From NCBI GenBank assembly GCA_038207085.1, contig JBBRAE010000001.1, positions 209,627 to 273,626 on the forward strand: 64,000 bases of DNA. The letters run 5' to 3'. Source of the DNA: Armatimonadota bacterium (GTDB lineage: Bacteria; Armatimonadota; UBA5829; DTLH01). The position numbers were made by a program, and so were the translations under genes. This document shows, piece after piece, positions 35,751-45,977 of this stretch. The notes beneath the pieces are model-generated. The model worked only from the letters and a program-made list of their open reading frames with translations. It was not told the DNA's origin and searched no databases. Numbering within the stretch: the stretch's first letter is position 1; every line of letters begins with the position of its first letter.

Positions 35751-38468
35751 ATGTATGACTGTCGAGAAAATGAGCACCAGGAGTTATTTCACCTCGGTGT
35801 AAACCCAAATAGTCCAGTTTCCATTCACATTCCCAGCCCGATTGGCACACTAGGGTACTACGTGTTCGTTTGTGTTCCCGCTGATGCCATTACGCGACTC
35901 ACTGGGCTCAAGATGAAAATCGACATCGGCGGTACGCGCGAAGATCATCTTATGATCGATGTCTACCCGGAGCTTGTGGTCACCCAATCGAAAGATCCGG
36001 GACATGTCTGGGTGCAATTGGCAAGGCCTAATGTCTCGCGCGGAGATGGAACGATCGATTTTCAGGGCTGGCCTACAGACGTGACAAACGCCGACGTGCT
36101 GCTTTGCACTTGGCCGAGGTTCGTCGAAAGCGGGATGGCAGACGACTGGATCGCTGCTCAGGCTGACCCGCTGTGGGCCGCGTCAGGAGTCCCGATGGGT
36201 GGCATCGGCTGCGGTCGAGTTGATATTTGCCGCGACGGCCGTTTCCGAAACTTCAGCATGAACAATAACCAGGACGCCCCGCTCGAAGACCCAAACGGCG
36301 TCGCTGGCGCATATCTCGCGGTTGCTATGGGCGACTCAGTGAAAGACATTGCCTCCCGCCCGATAGTTTCGGGACATGGCGAGGTTGACACACTTCGTTA
36401 CGAAAGCAGATTCCCGCAGGCGACTCTCTCGGCGACAGCTGTTTTTCCCGGGGTCGACGTGAGCGTTACTGTGTCGGGGCCGTTTGCTCCGCACAACATC
36501 AAGAGGTCCTCACTTCCGGGTTTGGTAATTAGATTTTCAATAAAGAACCGCGGCGACTCAGATGCGACGGTTCGCTGCCTGATGGGCTGGCCGAACCTGG
36601 TGGGCCTCGGCGGAGGAATCGCTTCAGTTGAGAGCGGAATCGGCTACGGTGACGGGTTCTACCGCTATTGGTCCGACCCCACCGGGCGCAAGGAAGAGCG
36701 CATCGAGCTTGACGGAGCCATCGCAGCTAAGCTTTCCGGCGCTCCCGGGGAAGACTACATCGCCTCCGCTGGGACTCACATACTTGCAGTTTCGACTTCG
36801 GGGTGCAAGGCAGGCGTTACCTGCGCAAACGGAGGCTCAGAGGCTGAAGGCGCTGTGACAGTCCCCGCTGGTGGCGAAGCGACGGTCACAATGGCACTCG
36901 CTGTTGAAATGCCGAACTGGATCGACTCACTCGGAGTCAACTGCGGGCATATGTGGCAGAACTTCTACGCTGGCGCCGAAGAAATCGTCACGGAGATACT
37001 TGCAGAGGCCGATCAAATACTCTCCGAAGCCGGAGCGCTTGCAGAGCATCTGGACGACAGCACTCTGCCCGATTGGCTGCGCGCCAGACTCTCGAACTGC
37101 AACTATCCGCTGGTAACCAACAGCGTCCTCTATAAAGACGGTCGCTTCAGCATCAACGAAGGGCCGACCGAGATGGCGGGATGCTACGGGACGATAGACC
37201 AGCGCCTCGCCGCGCACCCATCCACCCAGATTTTCTTCCCTGAGCTGAACAAGACCGAACTCGGACTATTCAGCGCGATTCAGGGCCCGAACGGTGGAAT
37301 ATGCCATGATCTTGGAAGTGGCCATCTAGAAAGACAACCCGGCGAGATTCCTTGGCCGGACCTGACGTGCTCCTATGTGATTCAGACAGCCAGACACACG
37401 TGGACCACGGGGGACACGGAACTCGAAAAGAGCGTGTGGCCGCGTGCCAAAGAGGCGATTATTCGTCATTCCAAATGGGCGCTTGAGGGCGGCGGTGTCG
37501 CACAGGTCGGAAACGGACTTGGCACGAGTTACGATGGATACCACTACGAAGGCACAACCGGATATATGGCGACACTCTGGATAGCCGCGCTTACCGTCGC
37601 AGAGAAGTGGGCACGCAAGAACGACGACCAGGAGTTTGTATCTGATATCGCCACATGGAAAGAGGCCGCTGTGGCGAAGCTTGACAAGGATCTTTGGAAC
37701 GGTAGCCATTACATCGCCTACGGAAACGGAAATGGCGTTCGGCGAGAGACCTGTCACGCAGGTCAGATCGCGGGACAGGCGTTTGCGCGCATGCTTTGCG
37801 GACAGAACGTCCTGGACGACTCCCGGCTGAAGCAGTGTGTGGACTCGATCATGGCGCTGAACGGCAACGAACGCTTCGCAGTGCCGCCGGACGAAGCCGC
37901 AAGCGACGGGACGGCAGCCACAGAGTTTGGATGGCTCCCATATATAGAAGGGTTTATGCTCTCAGCCATCGCATCGCTCGGGGATCAGCGACTGTGGCCC
38001 GTTTGGGAACGCATGATGAAGGCGGTCGACCAGAACGGTGCAAGCCCGTGCGACACCAGGCTTATGTATCGCCCCGAAAGCGGCGCACCGAGCTGGGGCT
38101 GGTGCTACATGACCGCTCCTGCGAGTTGGCTGGTCTACGATTCGGCGTTCGACTTCTTCTTCACTGCAACTGATGGTGTGCTTCGGATGCGTTCTACGAT
38201 GCCCGGGCGCTTCCCGCTCGTTCATCCCCTGTTCTGGGGAACAGCCGATGTTGATGAGGACGGCGCAATCCGAATAAGCATCAAGAAGGTCTTCGCAGAC
38301 TCGACGGTCAGAGTTCAGACTATCGAGGTCCCCACTTCTGTCTGCACTGTAACCGTCGGAGGTCAAACACTGGCCGCAGCCAACACCGAAGGCGATTACA
38401 CCCACTACTCACTTCCCATACCCGTGGCGCTTGCGCCCGGCGCGGTTATCGAGTGGAAGGCAAGCTAG
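35751..38468 (+). CDS. GH116-family glycoside hydrolase with an extra N-terminal region
   Basis: SGVPMGGIGCGRV, FPQA, FSINEG, FFPEL, ICHDLG, TSYD and LWNGSHY motifs of the GH116 (alpha/alpha)6 family. Confidence 0.85.
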   Translation: MYDCRENEHQELFHLGVNPNSPVSIHIPSPIGTLGYYVFVCVPADAITRLTGLKMKIDIGGTREDHLMIDVYPELVVTQSKDPGHVWVQLARPNVSRGDGTIDFQGWPTDVTNADVLLCTWPRFVESGMADDWIAAQADPLWAASGVPMGGIGCGRVDICRDGRFRNFSMNNNQDAPLEDPNGVAGAYLAVAMGDSVKDIASRPIVSGHGEVDTLRYESRFPQATLSATAVFPGVDVSVTVSGPFAPHNIKRSSLPGLVIRFSIKNRGDSDATVRCLMGWPNLVGLGGGIASVESGIGYGDGFYRYWSDPTGRKEERIELDGAIAAKLSGAPGEDYIASAGTHILAVSTSGCKAGVTCANGGSEAEGAVTVPAGGEATVTMALAVEMPNWIDSLGVNCGHMWQNFYAGAEEIVTEILAEADQILSEAGALAEHLDDSTLPDWLRARLSNCNYPLVTNSVLYKDGRFSINEGPTEMAGCYGTIDQRLAAHPSTQIFFPELNKTELGLFSAIQGPNGGICHDLGSGHLERQPGEIPWPDLTCSYVIQTARHTWTTGDTELEKSVWPRAKEAIIRHSKWALEGGGVAQVGNGLGTSYDGYHYEGTTGYMATLWIAALTVAEKWARKNDDQEFVSDIATWKEAAVAKLDKDLWNGSHYIAYGNGNGVRRETCHAGQIAGQAFARMLCGQNVLDDSRLKQCVDSIMALNGNERFAVPPDEAASDGTAATEFGWLPYIEGFMLSAIASLGDQRLWPVWERMMKAVDQNGASPCDTRLMYRPESGAPSWGWCYMTAPASWLVYDSAFDFFFTATDGVLRMRSTMPGRFPLVHPLFWGTADVDEDGAIRISIKKVFADSTVRVQTIEVPTSVCTVTVGGQTLAAANTEGDYTHYSLPIPVALAPGAVIEWKAS

Positions 38469-38502
38469 CAAACACGTCATAACTGCAATTTGTGACTATA
38501 CC

Positions 38503-38533
38503 GGCCCTGGACAGCTTTTGTTCAGGGCCATTT
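38503..38533 (+). terminator. Intrinsic terminator candidate
   Basis: GGCCCTGGACA / TGTTCAGGGCC stem followed by ATTT. Confidence 0.55.
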
Positions 38534-38660
38534 ATGTCTCTCGGGCACGTTCGGTGGCGCGTCTTCCGTAACTGTTAATGCAGAGGTTTATCATTGGGAG
38601 TAACTGTGGAACAAACTCTGCGTCTGATATAGTGTAACCAAACAACGAGAGGTACCTGAG

Positions 38661-40088
38661 ATAAAGACTCTGGCAATCATCATACTGATCGGCCTCGGCT
38701 GCGCGGCGTTCGCTGCTTCGCCGCGTTCTGAGTTCAGAGGAGCGTGGGTAACTGCGTGGAACTACGGGTTCCTAAGTCCCGCCGAAGCAGACGAAACCGT
38801 GCGACTCGCTAAAGAGGCGAACATCAACGCACTCTTTATCCAGGTGCGAAAGACCGGCGACGCCTATTACAAGTCCGCCTTTGAGGCTCGGGCGACCAAT
38901 ATTGCCGGTGACCCGGATTTTGACCCCCTTGCCTATATAATCCGTGCTGCGCACGCTCAGGGTATACAAGTCCACGCCTGGATGAACACATTCAGGATCT
39001 GGGGCAAGACGACGCCTCCAGCCGACCCCAATCATATCGCAGTGCTCCATCCCGACTGGATAACGCGCACCGCCACAGGTGACACTGGCGCAGGCGAAGG
39101 ACTGTTTCTCGACCCTGGAGTTGCCGAAGTGCGGGACTATACGTTTAATGTCTTTATGGACGTAGTGCGCAACTACGACATCGACGGCATTCACCTCGAC
39201 TACGTTCGTTATCCCGGCGCAGAGTTTGGCTACGCTCCACCCGCCGTTCAGCATTTCAACCTTGAAAAAGGTCGCGAAGGCACGCCGGTAAATACAGACC
39301 CCGAGTGGATGCAGTGGCGGCGCGATCAGGTGACGGCGCTTGTGTCCAAAATCTATAAAGATGCGACTGCGCTCAAACCCAACATCATGGTATCAGTCGC
39401 TGCAGTGCCTTGGGGGGATTGTCAGAACAATTTCTGCGATACTCTGCCATTTCGCAAGGTGTATCAGGACTGGCGCGGTTGGCTTGCGCAGGGGGTGATC
39501 GATGCCTGCATCCCTATGAACTACCGCGACGAGAGTAATCCCAAGTCCGCCAAGCAATATAGAAACTGGCTTGATGGCTTCAACCAGTGGAAGTATGACC
39601 GCCAAATCTATACAGGGTTGGACTTCAACAGAAGCCCTGAGATGGTTGTGCGTCAGATTGAAGCCGCAAGAAAGCGCGGAATCGCCGGAATGGTCGGCTT
39701 CTCGTTCAACCAGACGCCGGAGCGGACCAAGCTTGTTCAGGTTCTCAAGCAAAAGATATACAGCGAGTCTGCCGATTTCCCTGAGATGACTTGGAAACTT
39801 GCCTGCATTCAAAGGCAGAGTCGCGACCTCTATCGGCGTGCAATCGACGCGGTCACTCTCGAAAACGATCTGGACAAGGGGTTGGACCTGCTAACTCAAG
39901 CGGTCGAGATCGACCCCAAGTATATCGACGCGCACTTCAGGCTTGGCCGGATCTACTCAAAGAAGGAATTGTGGGCCGACGCGGTGAAGGAGTTCGATGA
40001 GGTCCTGCTGCTTAGTCCAAGTTATTTGGCTGCACGGACTGAACGAGACGCAGCCGCCAAACGCCTCGACACCGGCACTGCCAACTGA
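38661..40088 (+). CDS. Secreted GHL10 (DUF187/YddW-like) glycosyl hydrolase with C-terminal TPR (probable ATA start)
   Basis: Signal peptide then EFRGAWV, QVRKTGDAYY, FDPLA, VHAWMN, LDPG and YDIDGIHLDYVRYP; TPR at C-terminus. Confidence 0.9.
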   Translation: MKTLAIIILIGLGCAAFAASPRSEFRGAWVTAWNYGFLSPAEADETVRLAKEANINALFIQVRKTGDAYYKSAFEARATNIAGDPDFDPLAYIIRAAHAQGIQVHAWMNTFRIWGKTTPPADPNHIAVLHPDWITRTATGDTGAGEGLFLDPGVAEVRDYTFNVFMDVVRNYDIDGIHLDYVRYPGAEFGYAPPAVQHFNLEKGREGTPVNTDPEWMQWRRDQVTALVSKIYKDATALKPNIMVSVAAVPWGDCQNNFCDTLPFRKVYQDWRGWLAQGVIDACIPMNYRDESNPKSAKQYRNWLDGFNQWKYDRQIYTGLDFNRSPEMVVRQIEAARKRGIAGMVGFSFNQTPERTKLVQVLKQKIYSESADFPEMTWKLACIQRQSRDLYRRAIDAVTLENDLDKGLDLLTQAVEIDPKYIDAHFRLGRIYSKKELWADAVKEFDEVLLLSPSYLAARTERDAAAKRLDTGTAN

Positions 40089-40122
40089 GCCAGCAGCAAA
40101 CGAATGGAATCGGAGTGACACC

Positions 40123-41298
40123 GTGCTTAGAACACTGATCGCATGCATACTGCTATCCTCCTCCATCGCTTGTGCGAAAGCCGACACGCTGCGTATCGGC
40201 CTTATCTCGCAATTTCGAGGGATCGACTCCGTCTCCGTCAAGTCTTCCGCTGGTCTATGCGTAACCTATTCCGGCTCAAAGCTCGTTACGTGCATCGATC
40301 CCGGGCGCGAGCTCAAAATCAGCCGGACATCCGACACGCTTGAGTTTTCAGAGTCCGACGGCGGGACCAATCAGGCTGACTTACTACACATATCGTCGGA
40401 CACCCCCGGTGCTGTTATCACCGTGTCCTCCGGCAAGACCAAAGACAGCTTCCGAGGCGCTATCGAGATCACTCCCTCAGCCAAAGGCCTTCTATTGGTC
40501 AACCAAGTCGATCTTGAGGAATATATGCTAGGTGTTGTGGCATGCGAGATGCCTTCTGAGTTCGATGTTGAGGCGCTGAAGGCGCAGGCAGTCGCAGCAA
40601 GAACCTACGCGTGGGCCAATAGAAACAAGCACCGCAAAGAAGGGTTCGACCTCTGCGATTCCACCCACTGCCAAATGTATAGCGGAGTAGACAGGGAGAC
40701 CGAGCGCACGACCAAAGCCGTTCGAGACACCAAGGATCTAGTCGCACTTCATCACGGCAAATTGATATGTGCACTCTACTCCGCGGACTGCGGCGGCATC
40801 ACCGAATCGGGCGATAAGCCGTATCTCTGTTCTGTGTCTGACAAGCCCGACGACGACGGCCCGGACTACTGCGATCGCTCCGGCCACGCGTGGACGCTCA
40901 CTTGGACACTTTCTGAGTTAGAGGCACTGCTTGAGCCCAGGCTGCCGAAACTCCAGGGGCTGAAGAGCATCACTGTATCCAAGGCTGACGAGTGCGGTCG
41001 CGCGGTGGAGGTCAAGATTGAAGCAGATAAGGGTTCAGTCAGACTATCTGGACAGAAACTGCGCTCGGTCATCGGGGTGAATGTTCTGCTGAGCACCGCT
41101 TTCACCATCAAGAAAGATGGCGAGAAGGTCACGGTGGACGGCCGAGGCTACGGGCATGGCATAGGGTTATGCCAGTTCGGCGCAAACGGCCTCGCCAAGT
41201 CTGATCAGGGGTACTCCTTCGAACGGATACTAAAGCACTACTACCACGATATCGAGATCAAGCCACTCAGTTCAAGCCAACTTACAGACACTGACTAA
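40123..41298 (+). CDS. SpoIID/LytB-domain protein
   Basis: LEEYMLGVVACEMP, EALKAQAVAARTYA, DSTHCQMY, GYGHGIGLCQFGA and ILKHYY; signal peptide; GTG with GGAG RBS. Confidence 0.95.
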   Translation: MLRTLIACILLSSSIACAKADTLRIGLISQFRGIDSVSVKSSAGLCVTYSGSKLVTCIDPGRELKISRTSDTLEFSESDGGTNQADLLHISSDTPGAVITVSSGKTKDSFRGAIEITPSAKGLLLVNQVDLEEYMLGVVACEMPSEFDVEALKAQAVAARTYAWANRNKHRKEGFDLCDSTHCQMYSGVDRETERTTKAVRDTKDLVALHHGKLICALYSADCGGITESGDKPYLCSVSDKPDDDGPDYCDRSGHAWTLTWTLSELEALLEPRLPKLQGLKSITVSKADECGRAVEVKIEADKGSVRLSGQKLRSVIGVNVLLSTAFTIKKDGEKVTVDGRGYGHGIGLCQFGANGLAKSDQGYSFERILKHYYHDIEIKPLSSSQLTDTD

Positions 41299-41375
41299 CC
41301 CGCATTATTCACGAGTAGCGTGAATAATGCTTTGTTAGCGAACGCCTTATTCGCTTCACGAATAAAGCGGGCTAA
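41295..41375 (+). mobile_element. 73-bp double-hairpin MITE-like element, family A copy 2
   Basis: CTAA flanks (the left one contains the spoIID stop); loops AGTAG and CTTCA. Confidence 0.9.
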
Positions 41376-41377
41376 GA

Positions 41378-41863
41378 CTATAAGTTCGCCGCTGGGTTGT
41401 CGCTCGTCTGGCTGCTCAGGAAGTCTTCAGCAAGGAGTAATGCCGCATAGTCATCATAGGGCTCGGTGGGGACCAGGAAACCCCTCGGGACGAGTCGTCT
41501 CCAGCCCCGTGGTGGGTTCTCTTTGAAGTAGCGCACACGGGCGCGCTGGGTGCTAAACCATTCGTCGACGATGTAGATGGGTATCGAGAGCGAGCTCAGC
41601 GTCTTTGCTGTGGCCTCGCCGCCGGTTCCGCCGCCTACGATGAGCGCCTCAGGCTCCATACGCGAGGAGAGGAGTCTTACTGTATCGCGAACGTCGCCAG
41701 TTGGTACAACGGTCTTTGCGATGACTCCCTCTGTTCGGGAAACCACCGCAACTCCACACTTCGCCCTACCTGGATCAACTGCGATTACACGATCTATCAA
41801 ACCCAAAGACTCCTCGTTCTTGCCCGAGAATAGGCGAGCTCTCCATCGTTCTTCCATGTTCAA
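41378..41863 (-). CDS. YqgF/RuvX-like RNase H-fold protein
   Basis: IAVDPGRAKCGVAV, VDEWFST..AR.RY and DDYAALLLA. Confidence 0.85.
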   Translation of the reverse strand: MNMEERWRARLFSGKNEESLGLIDRVIAVDPGRAKCGVAVVSRTEGVIAKTVVPTGDVRDTVRLLSSRMEPEALIVGGGTGGEATAKTLSSLSIPIYIVDEWFSTQRARVRYFKENPPRGWRRLVPRGFLVPTEPYDDYAALLLAEDFLSSQTSDNPAANL

Positions 41864-43344
41864 CGCTCCGCTGTAACCATAGTTGAGATCGCGAAACCAA
41901 TGTTGTCGAGATTGATGGGTCCCGCGACGTAGATGTCCTTTTCTGCAACGGCCTTCAGCTCCACCTGCTTACCCGCAGTGCGGATAGTCTCGACCAGATC
42001 GATAAGAAGATCGAGCTGCTTGTCGGAAATCGGCTCGACGGCCTTGTCCGGGTCGGACGTCGCTATCGGGATAACTCCCTCGCGCGCGGCTGCCGCCCGA
42101 ACGTTGTTGCGTAAGAAATCCATAACGGCAAGAAGGACGCGGCCTTCGGACTGTTTGCCGTCTACAATTCCCCGGGCAATGTTATCTCCACGCTGAAACG
42201 CGAGCCTGTTCCACCGCAGCTGAAGATCCACCAGCGCTGTTTCGTCCTTGAGCGTATTGCGGACAACAGTGACAATAGCGACGACACCGTCCACCGGACC
42301 ACTGCGGCCTTTCAAGTAGATCGTCTTAACGGCCTCCTCAATGCATGTATCTTCATCGTTGGAGACAATGTCGCGGCTGCTGTCAACAAAAACCAGGCGA
42401 ATAGCCCGTTTGCTGGCGTCCGAGCCTGCATGAACCGCCTTTGCCTTGTCGCTCGCGCTTTGAAGAAGGTTTGTAAGCTGCTCACGGACCTCACCGGGCG
42501 GCAGATCGGCATCGATCACGCGCCGGCCGATTTCCGTGCCCTGAGCAATCACCATATCTGTTGCATACAGCTCGTTGCGTTCGGCCTCGTGCTTTATATC
42601 TTCCTGCTGTTTCTTGATGAGTTCTTTGTTGTACTCTATCGTCGACTGAGCGGTGAGGATATCTTTCTGCGCAACCTCAAGCTCTCTGCTTTTCGCGTCA
42701 AGCTCCGCGACCTTGGTGTCAAGATCTTTCTGAATAACGTCGAGTCGACCGTTTCGCACCCTAAGCTCTGACTTGATACGTCGCAGGTCCGCCGAGCTTA
42801 CCTGTAGGCTCTCTGAGACTTGCCGCAGACGGCCTTCAGTCAGTTTGCCTGTGCGCCGCAGGTCACTTAGTTCCGCTTGACGGATGTCTATCAGGCGCGC
42901 GAGGCCCCTCATCTGTAACTGAGCAAGATCGCGTGCTCGGAAAGCGTCCTGCGACTCTTTTCGGGCTCGTGAGACCTGTACGGACTTCTCATTCACCTCA
43001 CGGGTGAGCTTGGAACTCTGGTCGAGAAGCTGTAGGTTCAGCTTACGGAGAGTGTTGTTGCGCTCAAGGTTAGCTTCGTACTTTGACGCAAGAGCTTCGT
43101 TCTTCTCGGCGAGTTGCAGCCCCTGAGTGAACACGAGGCGCATCCGGGAGTCGATGGTCATCAGGGTGCCGAAGGTCAGGGCGGCGATCAGCATTCCCGT
43201 GACGGATGTGACCAGAATTGCCGTGTGCCTGGGCCGCATGCCGAAAAGCCTCAGTCGACGTTTTCCCATCCGCCGCCCGAGCAAATCGCCAAGATACGCG
43301 ACCAATCCCGACACCAATACCAGCAGGATAATGGTATAGATCAA
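41860..43344 (-). CDS. DUF3084-family membrane-anchored coiled-coil protein
   Basis: AYLGDLLGRRMGKRRLRLFGMRPRHTA N-terminus, two TMs, long coiled coil. Confidence 0.9.
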   Translation of the reverse strand: MIYTIILLVLVSGLVAYLGDLLGRRMGKRRLRLFGMRPRHTAILVTSVTGMLIAALTFGTLMTIDSRMRLVFTQGLQLAEKNEALASKYEANLERNNTLRKLNLQLLDQSSKLTREVNEKSVQVSRARKESQDAFRARDLAQLQMRGLARLIDIRQAELSDLRRTGKLTEGRLRQVSESLQVSSADLRRIKSELRVRNGRLDVIQKDLDTKVAELDAKSRELEVAQKDILTAQSTIEYNKELIKKQQEDIKHEAERNELYATDMVIAQGTEIGRRVIDADLPPGEVREQLTNLLQSASDKAKAVHAGSDASKRAIRLVFVDSSRDIVSNDEDTCIEEAVKTIYLKGRSGPVDGVVAIVTVVRNTLKDETALVDLQLRWNRLAFQRGDNIARGIVDGKQSEGRVLLAVMDFLRNNVRAAAAREGVIPIATSDPDKAVEPISDKQLDLLIDLVETIRTAGKQVELKAVAEKDIYVAGPINLDNIGFAISTMVTAER

Positions 43345-43499
43345 CTAATCCCCATTCCTTCTTATGGATTTTCGGCAGATAGCTTTACGGTCAGACACAG
43401 AGTATTCGAACCGAAAATCTCTCTCGACTTTCGGATTGAAAACTGAGTGGATATACGTTAAGTCGTTGCCCGAATGTCAATAGATGCCTGAATATCAAG

Positions 43500-44588
43500 C
43501 TACTTCGCCGCGCGCAGGAGCAAAATCACCCCTAGCGAGAGACCAAGCACATCAGCCACGAATGCGCCCACGATGGGAGGAATGCTCCCCTGTATCGCAA
43601 GCGCCGTAGTGAAGTGCCAGACAAACCAATACATAAAGATGATCAGGACGCTGAACCCAACACCGACCGATGGGTTACCCCGCTGCCGCTGTATGGCAAG
43701 CGGAGCGGCGACAAACGCAAACACCAGCGCCGCAAAAGGTATCGCCAGCTTATTGTATAGATCAACTTTCATATCCAAAAGTTCCTTGACTGGCACGCTG
43801 CCATCAAGCTGACCTATGAAGTGCTTTAACTCGCCGAAGCTCATCTCCTCCGGTTTTCGCTGCCTGCGAAGAATATCGTCCGGATTTTCGTGAAGTTCCA
43901 CCTGCTCTGTATCAAGCCCGTTGAACGCGATCGTCACGGTGCTGCCGTCGGGCTGAAACTTACGCATGAGACCGTTAGAAAGCTTCCAGTCATAGCCCTT
44001 TTTCCACTGTGCATTCTCGGCCTGGAATATAACTGTCGGATTGATTCCGTTTCTCTGAGTCACGATCACTTCGTGCATCGTTCTCGTGGCAGCATCGAAC
44101 CCGCCGCCAACATATATTATGGCCTGAGTGCCCTTGTCTATAAAGACAAAAGGCTTATCAGAAGAAAGCTCTTCTTTGAGAGCGCGGGCCTGAATCTCTT
44201 TTGAAAGCCGCGCGCTTCCCGGTACGACGTATTCGCTCATCCCAAACGCGAGCGCCGAGACGATCAGACCAAGAGCAATCACCGGAATAACAGCGCGATA
44301 CAGGCTGATGCCACTCGCGTAAAGCGCAACGATCTCACTGTCCATCGACATCCTGCTAAAAGTAACCAAAACGGCCACGAGGCAAGACATCGGCAGCGTG
44401 AAGACGATCACCGACGGCATATAAAGCAGCACGAGTTGAATCGCCGTGAACGCATTCAAGCCCTGAAGCACGAGCTTCGTCAGGTCGAGCAAGTGCTGAC
44501 CGGCGAAGAAGATCGACGTAAACGCAGCTACACCAAACAGAAACGGCCACAAAAGCGCTGAGCCGATGAAACGGTAGAGCAGTTTCAT
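43500..44588 (-). CDS. LptF/LptG-family permease
   Basis: MP....TLPMS.L, RMSMDSEIVAL.ASGIS, K.AIPFA.L.F..AAPL; start at ATG 44588. Confidence 0.93.
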   Translation of the reverse strand: MKLLYRFIGSALLWPFLFGVAAFTSIFFAGQHLLDLTKLVLQGLNAFTAIQLVLLYMPSVIVFTLPMSCLVAVLVTFSRMSMDSEIVALYASGISLYRAVIPVIALGLIVSALAFGMSEYVVPGSARLSKEIQARALKEELSSDKPFVFIDKGTQAIIYVGGGFDAATRTMHEVIVTQRNGINPTVIFQAENAQWKKGYDWKLSNGLMRKFQPDGSTVTIAFNGLDTEQVELHENPDDILRRQRKPEEMSFGELKHFIGQLDGSVPVKELLDMKVDLYNKLAIPFAALVFAFVAAPLAIQRQRGNPSVGVGFSVLIIFMYWFVWHFTTALAIQGSIPPIVGAFVADVLGLSLGVILLLRAAK

Positions 44589-44595
44589 CAGTTCT

Positions 44596-45318
44596 TCACA
44601 TCTCAAACCGGTCGCCGAGGTAGTATTTCCTCGCGATCGGATCGTTGGGCAGGTCAGCCGCAGGGCCAGCCGTAGCAATCTTGCCTTCAGATATGATGTA
44701 AGCGCGATCTGTAATGCTGAGTGTCTCCCGCACGTTGTGGTCGGTTATGATAATACCTATATTCTTCTGTTCGCGAAGCGCATTGATTGTGGTCTGGATG
44801 TCGTGAATCGCAATCGGGTCGACGCCGGTGAATGGCTCGTCGAGCAGGATGAACGCGGGGTCGGTCGCAAGCGCCCGGGCGATCTCCGTCCGTCGCCTCT
44901 CACCGCCTGACAGCACCTGTCCACGCTCGTTGCGCAGGTGCTTCAGCCCCAGTTCGTCCATGAGCTGATCCAGTTTACGCATTCTTTCCTTGCGCCCTAC
45001 CCCAGCCATTTCAAGCACGAGGAGGACGTTCTCAGCCACAGTGAGCTTTCGGAAGACCGATGGCTCCTGCGCGAGATACCCGATGCCGAGCCTTGCGCGC
45101 GCGTACATCGGACAACGCGTGATGTCCTGATCGTCTAGATAGACGCTGCCGCCGTTGGGGTGAACGAGACCGACGACCATATAGAACGTGGTCGTCTTGC
45201 CGGCCCCGTTTGGCCCGAGGAGACCTACGATCTCCCCCTGCCCCACATCAATACTCACGCCGTTCACGACTCGCCGTCCCCGGTATACTTTTGCGAGATT
45301 CTCTGTCCTGATCCGCAC
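44596..45318 (-). CDS. lptB: LPS export ABC transporter ATPase
   Basis: [48 protein letters not shown] and [10 protein letters not shown]. Confidence 0.97.
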   Translation of the reverse strand: MRIRTENLAKVYRGRRVVNGVSIDVGQGEIVGLLGPNGAGKTTTFYMVVGLVHPNGGSVYLDDQDITRCPMYARARLGIGYLAQEPSVFRKLTVAENVLLVLEMAGVGRKERMRKLDQLMDELGLKHLRNERGQVLSGGERRRTEIARALATDPAFILLDEPFTGVDPIAIHDIQTTINALREQKNIGIIITDHNVRETLSITDRAYIISEGKIATAGPAADLPNDPIARKYYLGDRFEM

Positions 45319-45888
45319 TTATTTCTTCTCTTCCGGTGTCTTTGAAGCAGATTCCTGCGGCTTCTTCGGAGTAAACTCCAGCCGACTCTTCTCAGGAGTG
45401 CTCTCAATACGTATTCTCGGCTCGTCCGGGCCAAGTTTCGAGTTCAGGCTGATAATCGCCCGGTCCCCGACCACGGTTGCAGGCCCGACGAACAGGTCCG
45501 GGTCGGTGCTTGTGATATGAACCGAGCCGGAAAGCACCGCTTCCTGGGCCTTAGCGTAGTCAATGAGCGCATTATCGGCGGTCGCCGTAGTTACCTTGGT
45601 CGGCTCCGTCGACGCTTTCAGCCATACCCCGCCGGTTAGTTTGGCGGTCTGGTAGCTGCCTTTAGCGTCCTTTGTGACAACTACCCGGTCGGCCTTTGCT
45701 GCAAACGACCCGTCCTTGGCGGTTATGCGCACCTTGGACTCGGGGCTTCCGCTCAACGTGTAAGACTTATCGGTCACGGTGAGCATAGCGAAGCCTTCAA
45801 TCGTCACCTTGTCAAGCTGCAGGTTCTGAGCCGCGCACGGCACTGCCAACGCGACTACCAGGGCGGCGATAACGGCGATTCGTTTCAT
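45319..45888 (-). CDS. LptA/OstA-like periplasmic protein
   Basis: Signal peptide, beta-rich KADRV / TADNALIDY..LSGSV pattern, located between lptC-like and lptB. Confidence 0.7.
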   Translation of the reverse strand: MKRIAVIAALVVALAVPCAAQNLQLDKVTIEGFAMLTVTDKSYTLSGSPESKVRITAKDGSFAAKADRVVVTKDAKGSYQTAKLTGGVWLKASTEPTKVTTATADNALIDYAKAQEAVLSGSVHITSTDPDLFVGPATVVGDRAIISLNSKLGPDEPRIRIESTPEKSRLEFTPKKPQESASKTPEEKK

Positions 45889-45896
45889 GTGTTCTC

Positions 45897-45977
45897 CTAA
45901 CCCGCGTTATTCACGAGTAGCGTGAATAATGCTCTGTTAGCGAAAGCTTTATTCGTGAAGCGAATAAAGCGAGCTAA
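45897..45977 (+). mobile_element. 73-bp double-hairpin MITE-like element, family A copy 3
   Basis: CTAA flanks: one is the lptC-like stop, the other is part of the lptA-like RBS; loops AGTAG and TGAAG. Confidence 0.9.

Noticed and set aside
39997..41298. Sporulation inferred from spoIID-like, yteA-like and gerE-like genes
   Set aside because: These domains are common in non-sporulating bacteria, and no core sporulation genes are in the window.
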